Virus record (IMG/VR): IMGVR_UViG_3300023218_000040 | Coordinates: 140,015 to 204,014 of that record | Strand: one strand, 5' to 3' | DNA length: 64,000 nt | Source of the DNA: a virus | Lineage: Duplodnaviria > Caudoviricetes | Part shown: positions 18,908-28,247 of the stretch, piece by piece | How positions within the stretch are numbered: position 1 is the stretch's first letter | Layout of the letters: each line of letters begins with the position of its first letter | Notes under the pieces: generated by a model | The model's input: only the letters and a program-made list of their open reading frames with translations | Database searches by the model: none | Told to the model about the DNA's origin: nothing | Translations under genes and position numbers: made by a program

Positions 18908-19435
18908 TTATACCGGCAGTCTGAAAGATTCCGCTCTACGTAGCCACCCCTTCAAGAACACTTTCTGGGATGGGTTGCCACTCACAATGGCAAGATAGAA
19001 CTTGATACGTTCTTCGACTAAAGCATTCTGTAGGTAGTTACCCATTTCAGCCTGTGCTTTTTCGCATGCACTGATAGTTTTGGGACCAATTACGCCGTCT
19101 GGATGACCGGATGGGAAACCCGCTTGGTTCAAGATCTTCTGTAACATTTTGATAGCACGACGTGGCCCACTGTTTACACCAATATCAAATACCTTGATAC
19201 CAGGGTTAGGCCAAGGTAGCTTATCAATCTTAGGACCGGTCAGGTACTTCTGACTGTAAATGGAACGAGCCTCTTCCTCAGTCATGTCACGCACTTCGTT
19301 AACCGAAACTGCGTATCCACGCCACTGAGAAAGAGTGTCCTGGGTGATACCGAAGTTCGTTGGACCGCCCCTATCGACCGAATTATTAACAAAGCCCCCT
19401 TCATGTTCTAATATGATGTCTATTGGATTTTTCAT
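18908..19435 (-). CDS. GH108 N-acetylmuramidase (endolysin-like) with peptidoglycan-binding domain
   Basis: HEGGFVN...DRGGPTNFGIT; DGVIGPKT; FLKGWLRRA. Confidence 0.9.
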   Translation of the reverse strand: MKNPIDIILEHEGGFVNNSVDRGGPTNFGITQDTLSQWRGYAVSVNEVRDMTEEEARSIYSQKYLTGPKIDKLPWPNPGIKVFDIGVNSGPRRAIKMLQKILNQAGFPSGHPDGVIGPKTISACEKAQAEMGNYLQNALVEERIKFYLAIVSGNPSQKVFLKGWLRRAESFRLPV

Positions 19436-19492
19436 GTAACCGCCCCTATATCAGTAAATATGATGAACTATCTACGTAGGAGTATTTATAGG

Positions 19493-21364
19493 ATGGGTGG
19501 CAAGGCGTTTACATTGGAAGTTTTTTTGGAGAGAGCTAGAAAAATACATGGACTAACATATGATTACGGTTTGGTTAATTTTTCTTCCAGATTAGAAAAG
19601 GTATGCATTAAGTGTCCTATTCATGGAATTTTTGAACAAACTCCTGCAATGCACGTTCATTCTACTAAAGCAACTGGATGCCCAGAGTGTGGCAAAAATA
19701 GATTAAAGGAAGACAAGAAAGACTGGTGTTTGGATGAGATAAAAGAGTCTGCCAGATTAGTTCACGGTGACAAGTATGAATATCTTTCCATTATCAGGTC
19801 ATCGCAGAAGCGTTTATTGATTAGATGCAAGAAACACGGAGAATTCGAGCAAACGGTACATTCTCACTTAAAGGGGCACGGTTGTTTCAAATGCAGTAGA
19901 GCTAAGGTATCTGAGAAGTTGAAGGATTCTTATTTAGATATCATTAAGAAAGCCAGACTTGTGCATGGAACAATATTTGATTACCTGTCTTACGATAGAA
20001 CTACTGGAAAATTGCTTTTGGTTTGCAAGAAGCACGGTAAATTTCAGCAAAACAAAGGAGATCATCTGAACGGAGCAGGATGTCCGGAATGCGCCAAAAT
20101 CAAAAAATCAAGCGCACATAAGAAATCATACGAAGAGCTAATTGAACGGTTTAATACCATTCATGATGGCAAATATGAGTATGGATATTTTGATGATGTA
20201 TTATCCAAGGATGTAATCGATATCGTTTGTAAAACACACGGAACATTTCAACAAACCGTGAAATATCATTTACAAGGTCAAGGGTGTCCTAGGTGTGCTG
20301 GCAAGTACATGACCACGAATGATTTTATTGAAAAATCAAAACAGGTTCATGGAACAAAGTATGATTATTCTCTTGCGTCATACACTAAATCTACAGAAAG
20401 GGTAAAAATCATTTGTAAGAACCATGGAGAATTCTGGAGAACTCCGGGACAACACCTTTATAATAAAGCTGGTTGCCCAACCTGTATGCGCAAAGGCGCA
20501 GAAAAGGAGATATCTCTGTTTTTAATGGAATACGGCATACAGTTCAAAAGGAATAGTAGAAAGATTGTACCTCCATATGAATTGGACATTTATATACCGA
20601 AAAAGAAAATAGCCATAGAGTTTAATGGACTGTGGTGGCATACCGAGACTTTTGGTAAAAAATCCCGCACTTACCATTTGAACAAAACTGAGTTATGCAG
20701 AAAAAAAGGCATCAGGTTGATTCATATATTTGAAGACGAATGGGTGTTCAAGAAGGAGATATGCAAAAGCAGATTATTAAACCTATTAGGATTGTCGGTT
20801 CGTGGTGCTGGTGCGAGGAAACATGATATCAAGAGAATAGAATGGAAAGAAGCTAGCAAATTCCTGGAGGCGTATCATTTACAAAGTAAAGGGACCAGCG
20901 GCGGCATCAATTATGGTTCTTATTTGGATGGTCAACTAGTATCCGTCATGACCTTCGGAAAAAGACGATTAGCATTGGGAGTCTCCAAGGATACGACGGG
21001 TTCTTATGAGTTATTGCGCTTTGCTAGCAATGGGATTGTGTACCCTGGTATAGCATCCCGGTTATTATTCCGATTCATCACAGAACATGAAGTAACATCG
21101 ATAGTCAGTTATTCCGACAACAGGTGGAGCGACGGAAATCTATATCAAAAATTGGGATTCATTTACTCACATGAATCACCACCTAGTTACTTCTATGTCA
21201 AACAACACGACCATGAACGGTTTCATCGTTTCAATTTCAGAAAGCAAATCGTGGTCGAAAAGTTAGGCGGGAACCCTGCGCTCACAGAATACCAAAATAT
21301 GCTCAACTTTGGCTACGACAGAATATGGGACTGCGGAACTAAAGTCTGGGTATACACCCAATGA
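19493..21364 (+). CDS. Putative free-standing homing endonuclease: five DUF723-like Zn repeats + PD-(D/E)xK nuclease + GNAT-like C-terminus
   Basis: 5x H....YDY...C..HG.F.Q....H..G.GCP.C; ELDIYIP..IAIEFNGLWWH; LLRFAS...SYSDNRWS.GNLYQKLGF; AT-rich. Confidence 0.75.
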   Translation: MGGKAFTLEVFLERARKIHGLTYDYGLVNFSSRLEKVCIKCPIHGIFEQTPAMHVHSTKATGCPECGKNRLKEDKKDWCLDEIKESARLVHGDKYEYLSIIRSSQKRLLIRCKKHGEFEQTVHSHLKGHGCFKCSRAKVSEKLKDSYLDIIKKARLVHGTIFDYLSYDRTTGKLLLVCKKHGKFQQNKGDHLNGAGCPECAKIKKSSAHKKSYEELIERFNTIHDGKYEYGYFDDVLSKDVIDIVCKTHGTFQQTVKYHLQGQGCPRCAGKYMTTNDFIEKSKQVHGTKYDYSLASYTKSTERVKIICKNHGEFWRTPGQHLYNKAGCPTCMRKGAEKEISLFLMEYGIQFKRNSRKIVPPYELDIYIPKKKIAIEFNGLWWHTETFGKKSRTYHLNKTELCRKKGIRLIHIFEDEWVFKKEICKSRLLNLLGLSVRGAGARKHDIKRIEWKEASKFLEAYHLQSKGTSGGINYGSYLDGQLVSVMTFGKRRLALGVSKDTTGSYELLRFASNGIVYPGIASRLLFRFITEHEVTSIVSYSDNRWSDGNLYQKLGFIYSHESPPSYFYVKQHDHERFHRFNFRKQIVVEKLGGNPALTEYQNMLNFGYDRIWDCGTKVWVYTQ

Positions 21365-21437
21365 AATTTCATTATGCGCTCTGATGCACGGCTTTTTCTT
21401 GGAGAAAAAGTATACTGCAATTTGTTTTCAGAAACCC

Positions 21438-21466
21438 TTGACCAAGGTATGCTAGTCGTCTACATT
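21438..21466 (+). promoter_or_regulatory. sigma70-type promoter for the secreted-protein pair
   Basis: TTGACC-17 bp-TACATT. Confidence 0.55.
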
Positions 21467-21548
21467 GAGCACTCAACCCAATATCGGGTTTCCGAGGGTA
21501 GCCAAGAAGGCTACAATTTAGTAACTGTTAACAGGAGTAATTCCAACA

Positions 21549-22268
21549 ATGCGTAAGACAATTATCGCAACAATCGCCACCTTGGCGCTGTCCGGTCCCG
21601 CTCTGGCAGCAAACGACGGCGTGATCGGTGGTGCCGTGGGCGGTGCCCAGGTTTCCAGCGGTGCATATGCCTCTTCTTCCGGCAACGGCTCGGCTTCCAC
21701 CGTGACCGGTGGCTCGCAGACTGCCATTCATGGCTTCAGCGGCTCATCTGGGGCCTCTTTCATCCGCCGGGAAGGTGAGGTCAATCTGGGTGGTGTCGCT
21801 GGTGCTCATGGCAATGCCTACTCGCACACCAAGACGACTGGTTCCGGTGTTGCCGGTTCCGGCACCAATGGCAAGAGCTTCGCCGTGACCGGTGGTAACG
21901 GCTACTTCGATACCCACGGTAAGAACCCCGAGGGTAAGGCTGATGGCTTCGCCAAGGCGTTCAACCGTAACGAGGCAGGGTCGGCCTCTGTGTATTACGG
22001 CAAGGCTGGCAAGTGGAACGAGTCGGGTACGACCAGCACGTTCCGTGCGTCTGCATCGGGTAACCGTGACGGGCACGGAACGTACCGTCACCCACACGTC
22101 GATACCGTCGCAACCGAGGCGCAGGCTACTTCCGATTCCTACGAGAACGGTGGTAGTTACCGCCACGGCTACTCCACCCGTTCGGGTGGTGCGGATACAT
22201 ACGGAGCTGCTGGTGCCAAGGCGACTGCGAAAGTCGGTAACAGGTACCGCCACAGCCTAAGCCGATGA
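21549..22268 (+). CDS. Secreted Gly/Ser/Ala-rich protein
   Basis: Signal peptide MRKTIIATIATLALSGPALA; RBS AGGAG. Confidence 0.75.
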   Translation: MRKTIIATIATLALSGPALAANDGVIGGAVGGAQVSSGAYASSSGNGSASTVTGGSQTAIHGFSGSSGASFIRREGEVNLGGVAGAHGNAYSHTKTTGSGVAGSGTNGKSFAVTGGNGYFDTHGKNPEGKADGFAKAFNRNEAGSASVYYGKAGKWNESGTTSTFRASASGNRDGHGTYRHPHVDTVATEAQATSDSYENGGSYRHGYSTRSGGADTYGAAGAKATAKVGNRYRHSLSR

Positions 22269-22337
22269 GGATCGGCGGGGAGGGATTTCCCTCCCCGACT
22301 CTCTCTAACTAACACACTCAAAAGGAGTAACAAACCA

Positions 22338-22982
22338 ATGAACGCAACTTTCAAGACAACCGCCGCTCTCGTCCTGGGTCTGGCTCTGACCGGTCCCGTG
22401 ATGGCCAATGGCGGTGCGACCGCAGTGGTCGGTGGTGTTGGCGCAACCTCGCACTCCACTCAGGGCAACAGCCAGGGTGTCAACATCACCACCAACAACG
22501 AGGCTGCTGATCTGGGCGATGCGGTTCCTACCGCCGTCGCTCCCGCCCTGACCACGACTCTCTCCGAGACGTGCATGGGCTCCACCAGCGCTGGAGCGTC
22601 GGGTTCGGGCTTCGGTCTGAGCTTCGGCTCCACCTGGACCGATGACGAGTGCGTACGTCGCCTGAACGCTCGTGAAGTCCGTTCGATGGGCTTCGCTCTG
22701 GCTGCCAAGGAACTAATGTGCGACAACGACGACGTTCGTGCGGCTTTCGAGCGTACTGCCAAGATGACTGGTAACGCTGATCTGCTGTGCCAGTCCACGG
22801 CTGACACGCAGGAGAAGACCGCTGGTAAGATCGACACCAATCGTTACGTCGAGACCGAGAACACCAGTCGCATCGGTGGCGAGCGCAGCACCTTCGTCGC
22901 CAATACCAGGGTCGAGACCACCCAGGTGGCCGAGGTCGAAGAGGCTCCAGTGGTTCGTCGGAATTCAGCCGACCTTAACTAA
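22338..22982 (+). CDS. Secreted protein with Cys-containing PTA.AP...C...G.S.G.T..D..C.R..L.C domain
   Basis: Signal peptide ending PVMA; RBS AAGGAG. Confidence 0.75.
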   Translation: MNATFKTTAALVLGLALTGPVMANGGATAVVGGVGATSHSTQGNSQGVNITTNNEAADLGDAVPTAVAPALTTTLSETCMGSTSAGASGSGFGLSFGSTWTDDECVRRLNAREVRSMGFALAAKELMCDNDDVRAAFERTAKMTGNADLLCQSTADTQEKTAGKIDTNRYVETENTSRIGGERSTFVANTRVETTQVAEVEEAPVVRRNSADLN

Positions 22983-23020
22983 TCCACGACGACTCTAGTT
23001 GCCTTCCGGCGACTATCTTT

Positions 23021-23059
23021 GGGGGGCTCTTGGCTTCGGCTTTGAGCCCCCTTGTTTTT
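23021..23059 (+). terminator. Intrinsic terminator
   Basis: GGGGGCTC/GAGCCCCC stem then TTGTTTTT. Confidence 0.7.
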
Positions 23060-23108
23060 CCTGGCAAACATGGTATGATACATACTATGACTGGCTAGGA
23101 GAAATTCC

Positions 23109-24014
23109 ATGAAATTTGATCTTATCAGTGATTTCCATGTCGAGATGAATACTCGATACGATGAGTCCCGGTTCTGGACCGAGGGCGAGCCAGAGCTTTA
23201 CGCCTGGAACAAGGACAGCAAATCCGACGTACTGGTAATCGCTGGTGACTCTGCCAACCACCACGAGGACGCTCTGGCTGTAGTCTTCGAGGCTGCGAAG
23301 CATTACAAGCACGTCGTGTGGACCGATGGCAACCACGAGCACTACAGCAACTACATGAACGGTTGGAACGTGATGCATGACATGGAATACTTCAACACCA
23401 TGTGCAATCACCGCAACAAGATTGCTGATAATATCACGTACCTGAACGGCGAGCAGACGTGGCAGAAGGACGGTACGCTGTTCATTGGTGCCAACGGTTG
23501 GTACGACTTCAGTTTCGCTTATGGAATCCCCGAGAAGCAGCAAATGCAAAACTGGCGACAAAGATCTAATGACTCAGCATGCATCAGGTTCGGTAAGAAA
23601 AACCGTCCTGAAAAGCTTGCAGAGCGCCAGTCAAGACAGCTAACTGAACTGGTCCAGGAGGCTCAGGACGACGACACCGTGCAGGAGATCGTGGTGGTGA
23701 CCCATACCCTTCCGATTGGTACTGCCTTCGGTCAGTTCAACAACCCGGCGCACCCGTTCTTTCCATTGAACGGTGCATACGGTAATGCTTTCATGCGCTA
23801 CGTGTGGGCTGCTGATAAGAAGGGCAAGATCAAGACGTGGTGCTTCGGTCACACACATGATCGCCGTGACTTCTTCGAGGAGGGAATCCACTTCGTGTGT
23901 AACCCACGTGGTTACAGGGGTGAGAATAAGATGTCTGGTGGGTTCGGAGGTATCCTCCAGGTGGACACCGAGGAAGTTGAGATCCAGTCCGCATTCGGTG
24001 AAGTCGAGGCTTGA
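23109..24014 (+). CDS. Calcineurin-like metallophosphoesterase
   Basis: SDFH, AGD, GNHEHY, THT.P, FGHTH, NPRGY. Confidence 0.85.
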   Translation: MKFDLISDFHVEMNTRYDESRFWTEGEPELYAWNKDSKSDVLVIAGDSANHHEDALAVVFEAAKHYKHVVWTDGNHEHYSNYMNGWNVMHDMEYFNTMCNHRNKIADNITYLNGEQTWQKDGTLFIGANGWYDFSFAYGIPEKQQMQNWRQRSNDSACIRFGKKNRPEKLAERQSRQLTELVQEAQDDDTVQEIVVVTHTLPIGTAFGQFNNPAHPFFPLNGAYGNAFMRYVWAADKKGKIKTWCFGHTHDRRDFFEEGIHFVCNPRGYRGENKMSGGFGGILQVDTEEVEIQSAFGEVEA

Positions 24015-24070
24015 TTTTTCCTTGCGAATATGGGATAATGCTCTCATCGGTTAAAGATGGAGAGCATCCT

Positions 24071-24388
24071 ATGAGCAGACGTGCCACAATCGTGAACGAC
24101 ATTGCCGAGTCCCTTCTGGTCCTTGGTCTGAGCGAGGTCCACGGCATCATGACCGGTACGAACCATGGATACCACTACGCCGACTTCGGCACTGCCCACA
24201 CCTTGGACGGTCAGGTTCGATACTACGACGACAAATTCGTCTGCGTGCAGTGGAAGACTGCCTACCGTGCGATGCCTCAGTACGGCAATCGGGTGTTCTC
24301 TAGCGTGGAAGATGCGCTTAAGTTCATCGAGCTTGCCTTCGTGAAGCACGAGTACGAGGCTGCATTCGAGGTTCCGATCAAGCCATGA
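24071..24388 (+). CDS. Hypothetical early protein
   Basis: RBS GGAG; strong C-ending codon bias. Confidence 0.6.
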   Translation: MSRRATIVNDIAESLLVLGLSEVHGIMTGTNHGYHYADFGTAHTLDGQVRYYDDKFVCVQWKTAYRAMPQYGNRVFSSVEDALKFIELAFVKHEYEAAFEVPIKP

Positions 24389-24469
24389 TCTTCATTGAGG
24401 AAGTAATGAGTGATTGACTTTTCGTGAGGAAAATGCGATACTACCGTGGACACGAACTGGAGAGACTAC

Positions 24470-24964
24470 ATGACCGTTAGCGGCTCCCGATACGTCGAGA
24501 TTGACGAGACCGAGATGCGTGATCTTTTGGAGTCCGAGATGGGCTTCACCCAGGTTCGCATCGACGGAACCTATGAGCTTGTCTTCGAGCGTCAGGTGGA
24601 GACCAAGGGCGGCAAGACCTTCCCCTATAAGGTCCGTGTTTATTCCAGCATCTTCGGTGGTGCCTCTCGTGGTTGCGGAGAGGATGCCATTCGGGTCGTC
24701 CTGGTGGACATGGAGACCGACCGCCCCATGAAGATCATGGGTGAAGGCAAGAAGGGCAAGGCCGGTCGTCGTATTTATCGCACCAAGTCCGCTCTCACCA
24801 ATTTGCGTGATCGTTGCCGTGACTACTTCCGCCACGTCATGTTGAATTCCTGCCCGAAGTGTGGTAAGGTGATGGCAATTCGCAAGGGTAAGAATGGAGA
24901 CTTCCTGGGATGCACTGGATACCCCGAGTGCAACGGGACCAAGCAATTAAAGAACGCAGCATAA
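24470..24964 (+). CDS. Protein with C-terminal topoisomerase-type C4 zinc ribbon
   Basis: CPKCGKVMAIRKGKNGDFLGCTGYPEC; upstream TTGACT-type promoter. Confidence 0.75.
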   Translation: MTVSGSRYVEIDETEMRDLLESEMGFTQVRIDGTYELVFERQVETKGGKTFPYKVRVYSSIFGGASRGCGEDAIRVVLVDMETDRPMKIMGEGKKGKAGRRIYRTKSALTNLRDRCRDYFRHVMLNSCPKCGKVMAIRKGKNGDFLGCTGYPECNGTKQLKNAA

Positions 24965-25022
24965 AAATCATAACGGATTGGATACAGGAGAATATCAACC
25001 TACTGGCCGATGGAGAAGCAGC

Positions 25023-25220
25023 ATGAACGATTACGATTTTCAGGAAGACCTTCAGTCCGTGCTTCAGGGAGACGACTACGACTGCCTGTTCGGTAGAGGC
25101 AAAAGCATCGAGTCGGTCGTGACCTACGATGACGCTGGAGTCTTGACGAGGGACAGAGGTCTGGTGGTTCGCATGGGAGATGGTTCCGTGTTCATGATTA
25201 CCATCGTGCAGGTGAAGTAA
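25023..25220 (+). CDS. Hypothetical protein
   Basis: RBS GGAG; codon bias. Confidence 0.55.
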   Translation: MNDYDFQEDLQSVLQGDDYDCLFGRGKSIESVVTYDDAGVLTRDRGLVVRMGDGSVFMITIVQVK

Positions 25221-25224
25221 ACCC

Positions 25225-25521
25225 GTGGCTAAGCTTACCGTCCCAACTCGTGCTATCGGCTTCAAGAAGGGCAAGCCGGGTAAGCGGAAGATGCCCAAGA
25301 CCGGCAAGTACCATCTTTTGAAGCATGGTAATGATCCGAACGGTGAAGGTTTTACGGTGTGCAATGCGATTGTCTGGGGCGAGGACAGGTTCCAACCTGA
25401 CGAGCATGGTTTTCGCATCAACGGAAAGAGAGAGGAATCGTACGAGATTGTTGACATTTCATCCATCACTACCGAGAAGCTTTGCAAGAAGTGCCTCGGT
25501 CCAATGAAAGCAGAGGACTAA
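25225..25521 (+). CDS. Hypothetical basic Zn-binding protein
   Basis: H...C...CKKC; GTG start. Confidence 0.55.
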   Translation: MAKLTVPTRAIGFKKGKPGKRKMPKTGKYHLLKHGNDPNGEGFTVCNAIVWGEDRFQPDEHGFRINGKREESYEIVDISSITTEKLCKKCLGPMKAED

Positions 25522-25525
25522 ACAC

Positions 25526-25774
25526 ATGAAGACCTTGATTCGAATGATTCGTGCCAATCCCAAGTTGGCCATTGCGGCTGCGTCCGCTGACGTTCTCCTG
25601 GGTAGCATCGCTGCCATCGTGGTGTATCTGGTTCTCAACGCCACGATGGCTCCAGTTCATATCCTGGGGATCCTGGTGCTGGCTGGAGTGTTCATCATCG
25701 GTATCGTCATGGTCGCCGCCGTCAAGGCCATGAAGAAAGCCATGATCTATGTTCCTCCGGTCGAGTCAGATTAA
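25526..25774 (+). CDS. Two-TM membrane protein
   Basis: Two hydrophobic helices; RBS GAGGA. Confidence 0.6.
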   Translation: MKTLIRMIRANPKLAIAAASADVLLGSIAAIVVYLVLNATMAPVHILGILVLAGVFIIGIVMVAAVKAMKKAMIYVPPVESD

Positions 25775-26031
25775 TGGAACCCGCATCAGTACTCGATGAG
25801 CTACGCTCGCTGCATCCCGACACCTTTAAGGGGTGGGATGATTTCGAAGTAACCATGAGCGCACGGGACCGCAAGGGAAACAAATGCGTCCTGATTCTCC
25901 TCTATAACAAGGGGAAACAACACGTGGTCGATCTCCATGCTTCCTTCCTCATCACCGATGATGACCAGATCAGAATCGGTGGTGAGGAACTGGTGGCCGA
26001 GTTCAACGAGGCATACGTCGTCAAGAAGTAA
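25774..26031 (+). CDS. Hypothetical protein
   Basis: TAATG coupling. Confidence 0.55.
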   Translation: MEPASVLDELRSLHPDTFKGWDDFEVTMSARDRKGNKCVLILLYNKGKQHVVDLHASFLITDDDQIRIGGEELVAEFNEAYVVKK

Positions 26032-26039
26032 GTACGGTT

Positions 26040-26234
26040 ATGTCTAATCCAAGATTTGAATTCAAGACAGGACCGTATCTGTTTGGTGATGTCACTGCGA
26101 CCCGACACGGAGCAATATGGCATATTGAGACCAAGCCTTCCTTGTGGTATCGAGTGTACTGTGTTAGTTTATTGACTTGTATGAAAATGTACTCACCGTC
26201 GAGGGATATTAGTGGTAGCAATCAACCAGAATGA
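26040..26234 (+). CDS. Hypothetical protein
   Basis: Co-oriented ORF filling the operon. Confidence 0.4.
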   Translation: MSNPRFEFKTGPYLFGDVTATRHGAIWHIETKPSLWYRVYCVSLLTCMKMYSPSRDISGSNQPE

Positions 26235-26871
26235 TTTAGATCTGAACCAGATAAGCGATGCTGCTCTTCGTCTTGCGCTCGCCCGAGCGCTGGAGCGTAA
26301 TGCGTTCATCGAGGGTTTGCTGGTTGACATCAATCGAGCAATCAGACATAGTGAGGAATGGGTTTTGCCCATTCAAGAAGAAACCTACGTCATGATCGCC
26401 GTGAATGCTGGTGCCGAGTACGAGTCTGTAAGCGAGTATCGTCAGTATTATAGCTACGTCGAGGAAGATAAGCAGAAGCATGAGGAAGAGCGCATCGGAT
26501 ACAAGTATCCTCATGAGTGCCCGTTTTTCTCTGAGATGTTCCTGTACGATCTCTTTGGTAAGGATGAAGCTCGAACCATTCTTTCACTGTTTAACAGCAT
26601 TCGTCGCCTTTCATCGGAAGAGACTGGTGAGATTCATGACCGTGCAAACCGGCAGAATAGTTTGGTCATCCAAGCTCAAAATGTATCGCACTACGAGAAG
26701 CAGATAGAGAAAGCGAAAAGATATCTCGATGCGTTCGATGACCCCAAGTCCTGGATCACTCCAAAAAAGACCAAGGAGGAGTACCAGAGTGACTTGGAAG
26801 AAGCACAGAAGAGGCTTATTCAAAGCGCTACAGACCTCGCACATTCGGTTCAGTGGCACTTCGAGAATTGA
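26212..26871 (+). CDS. Hypothetical coiled-coil protein
   Basis: Long ORF, RBS GAGGG. Confidence 0.55.
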   Translation: MVAINQNDLDLNQISDAALRLALARALERNAFIEGLLVDINRAIRHSEEWVLPIQEETYVMIAVNAGAEYESVSEYRQYYSYVEEDKQKHEEERIGYKYPHECPFFSEMFLYDLFGKDEARTILSLFNSIRRLSSEETGEIHDRANRQNSLVIQAQNVSHYEKQIEKAKRYLDAFDDPKSWITPKKTKEEYQSDLEEAQKRLIQSATDLAHSVQWHFEN

Positions 26872-26925
26872 TATAACACAACGGTTCGCCCATATAGGCA
26901 TTCTCGGTAAATATGATTATACCGA

Positions 26926-28221
26926 ATGCCTAAATGGGAGGCTGTTGGAACAATGTCACTAGCAACACAGCTAATAAAGAGAGTTCTTGAAGAAAAGAAG
27001 AAAACTGCTCAGGACGAAATGGGCGTACCGAAGTATGATAATTTTGACACTCCTGATAATCACGTCAAGGGCAAGCCTGGAACCAAGCCAGTATCAAATC
27101 CTGCCGCTGGTTTAGGAGATCGCAAGGACAAGAAGCCTACCGCCAATGTCGGTTCCGCCCATAAGGAGAAGGGACGTGACATGGAGGGCACCAAGACCAA
27201 GCCTAAGAAGGTAACCGAGCAGAGTGTTGGTAGACATCCTGCTATGAAGGCTCTTGGTATCAACATTAGCAATGGACTACTTCAGTTCCATCACCCAGGC
27301 AATCCAGATAAGATTTATACCATTGAGTATGGTCCTGAGTCTCATCAGTTTGTAGTTCGCACCATGGCACGCCATCAGGATGTCAGCACGGTGTTTGATA
27401 TGCTTTTAGATTACGCAGAGAGTGGTGCTGGATACGATCCAAGGAACACTGCTATTGGTGAAAATAGGGGTAAAATGGCTGAAGCTCTTGGTGAGCCAGA
27501 CGATGGTAAGTTCCTGATTGTTTGGAAAGGAGAGGTTATCGATTCGTTTGATGATAAGGATGAAGCCGAAGCTATGGTTAGCGAGTACAACATGGCTTTT
27601 GGTGACGGCGCTCGTGTCGCACGCAATCGCAACTGGAAGTCATCTACAAAGATGGGTGAGGCTCCAGACCAAGATCCATATCCTTTCCACAAGGATCGTC
27701 AGCAGGCACAGATGGGACGCCAGACTATGGGTCCACAAGGAAGCACGAATGTGCGTAGTAATGTAGGTGCTGGAATAAAGTCACAATTTGGCGGCGGTAA
27801 CGTTGGCAGAACTACCATGGATCTACGCAACAGAGTGGGTGAGAGCGCACACAAAACCGCTGATGGCGAAATGGACAAAGGTGCATACAGCACTGCAAAG
27901 AATGACCCGGCTCGTACCGCCAAGACACGTACGAACCAAAATGATGAGCCCGTTAACAAGGGCAATCCAGGCACGCCCAAGAAGGGAGAGAAACGTGCCT
28001 CGCAGGGTGGGCACATGGACCCGAACCCGACTACCGTTAAAGACTTCAAAGGGGGTGAAAACGAGCATAAATCCATGAAAAAGATGCACGAGACTGTACA
28101 AAGTCTTGAAAGTCTGCTGGGTCGTAAGTTACACTTCGAGATGAAACTGAATCAGTACGTGGACAAATCCGATAAGAAGCGGTTTAACAAGCATATGTCT
28201 GGTACAATGAAAGCTCGCTAA
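26926..28221 (+). CDS. Low-complexity late protein, probable internal head protein (start may be 26953)
   Basis: TAAATA late promoter (~26909); Lys/Gly-rich with repeated hydrophobic-x-E motifs. Confidence 0.65.
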   Translation: MPKWEAVGTMSLATQLIKRVLEEKKKTAQDEMGVPKYDNFDTPDNHVKGKPGTKPVSNPAAGLGDRKDKKPTANVGSAHKEKGRDMEGTKTKPKKVTEQSVGRHPAMKALGINISNGLLQFHHPGNPDKIYTIEYGPESHQFVVRTMARHQDVSTVFDMLLDYAESGAGYDPRNTAIGENRGKMAEALGEPDDGKFLIVWKGEVIDSFDDKDEAEAMVSEYNMAFGDGARVARNRNWKSSTKMGEAPDQDPYPFHKDRQQAQMGRQTMGPQGSTNVRSNVGAGIKSQFGGGNVGRTTMDLRNRVGESAHKTADGEMDKGAYSTAKNDPARTAKTRTNQNDEPVNKGNPGTPKKGEKRASQGGHMDPNPTTVKDFKGGENEHKSMKKMHETVQSLESLLGRKLHFEMKLNQYVDKSDKKRFNKHMSGTMKAR

Positions 28222-28247
28222 AGACATCGCAACAGGTAAGTGATAAA

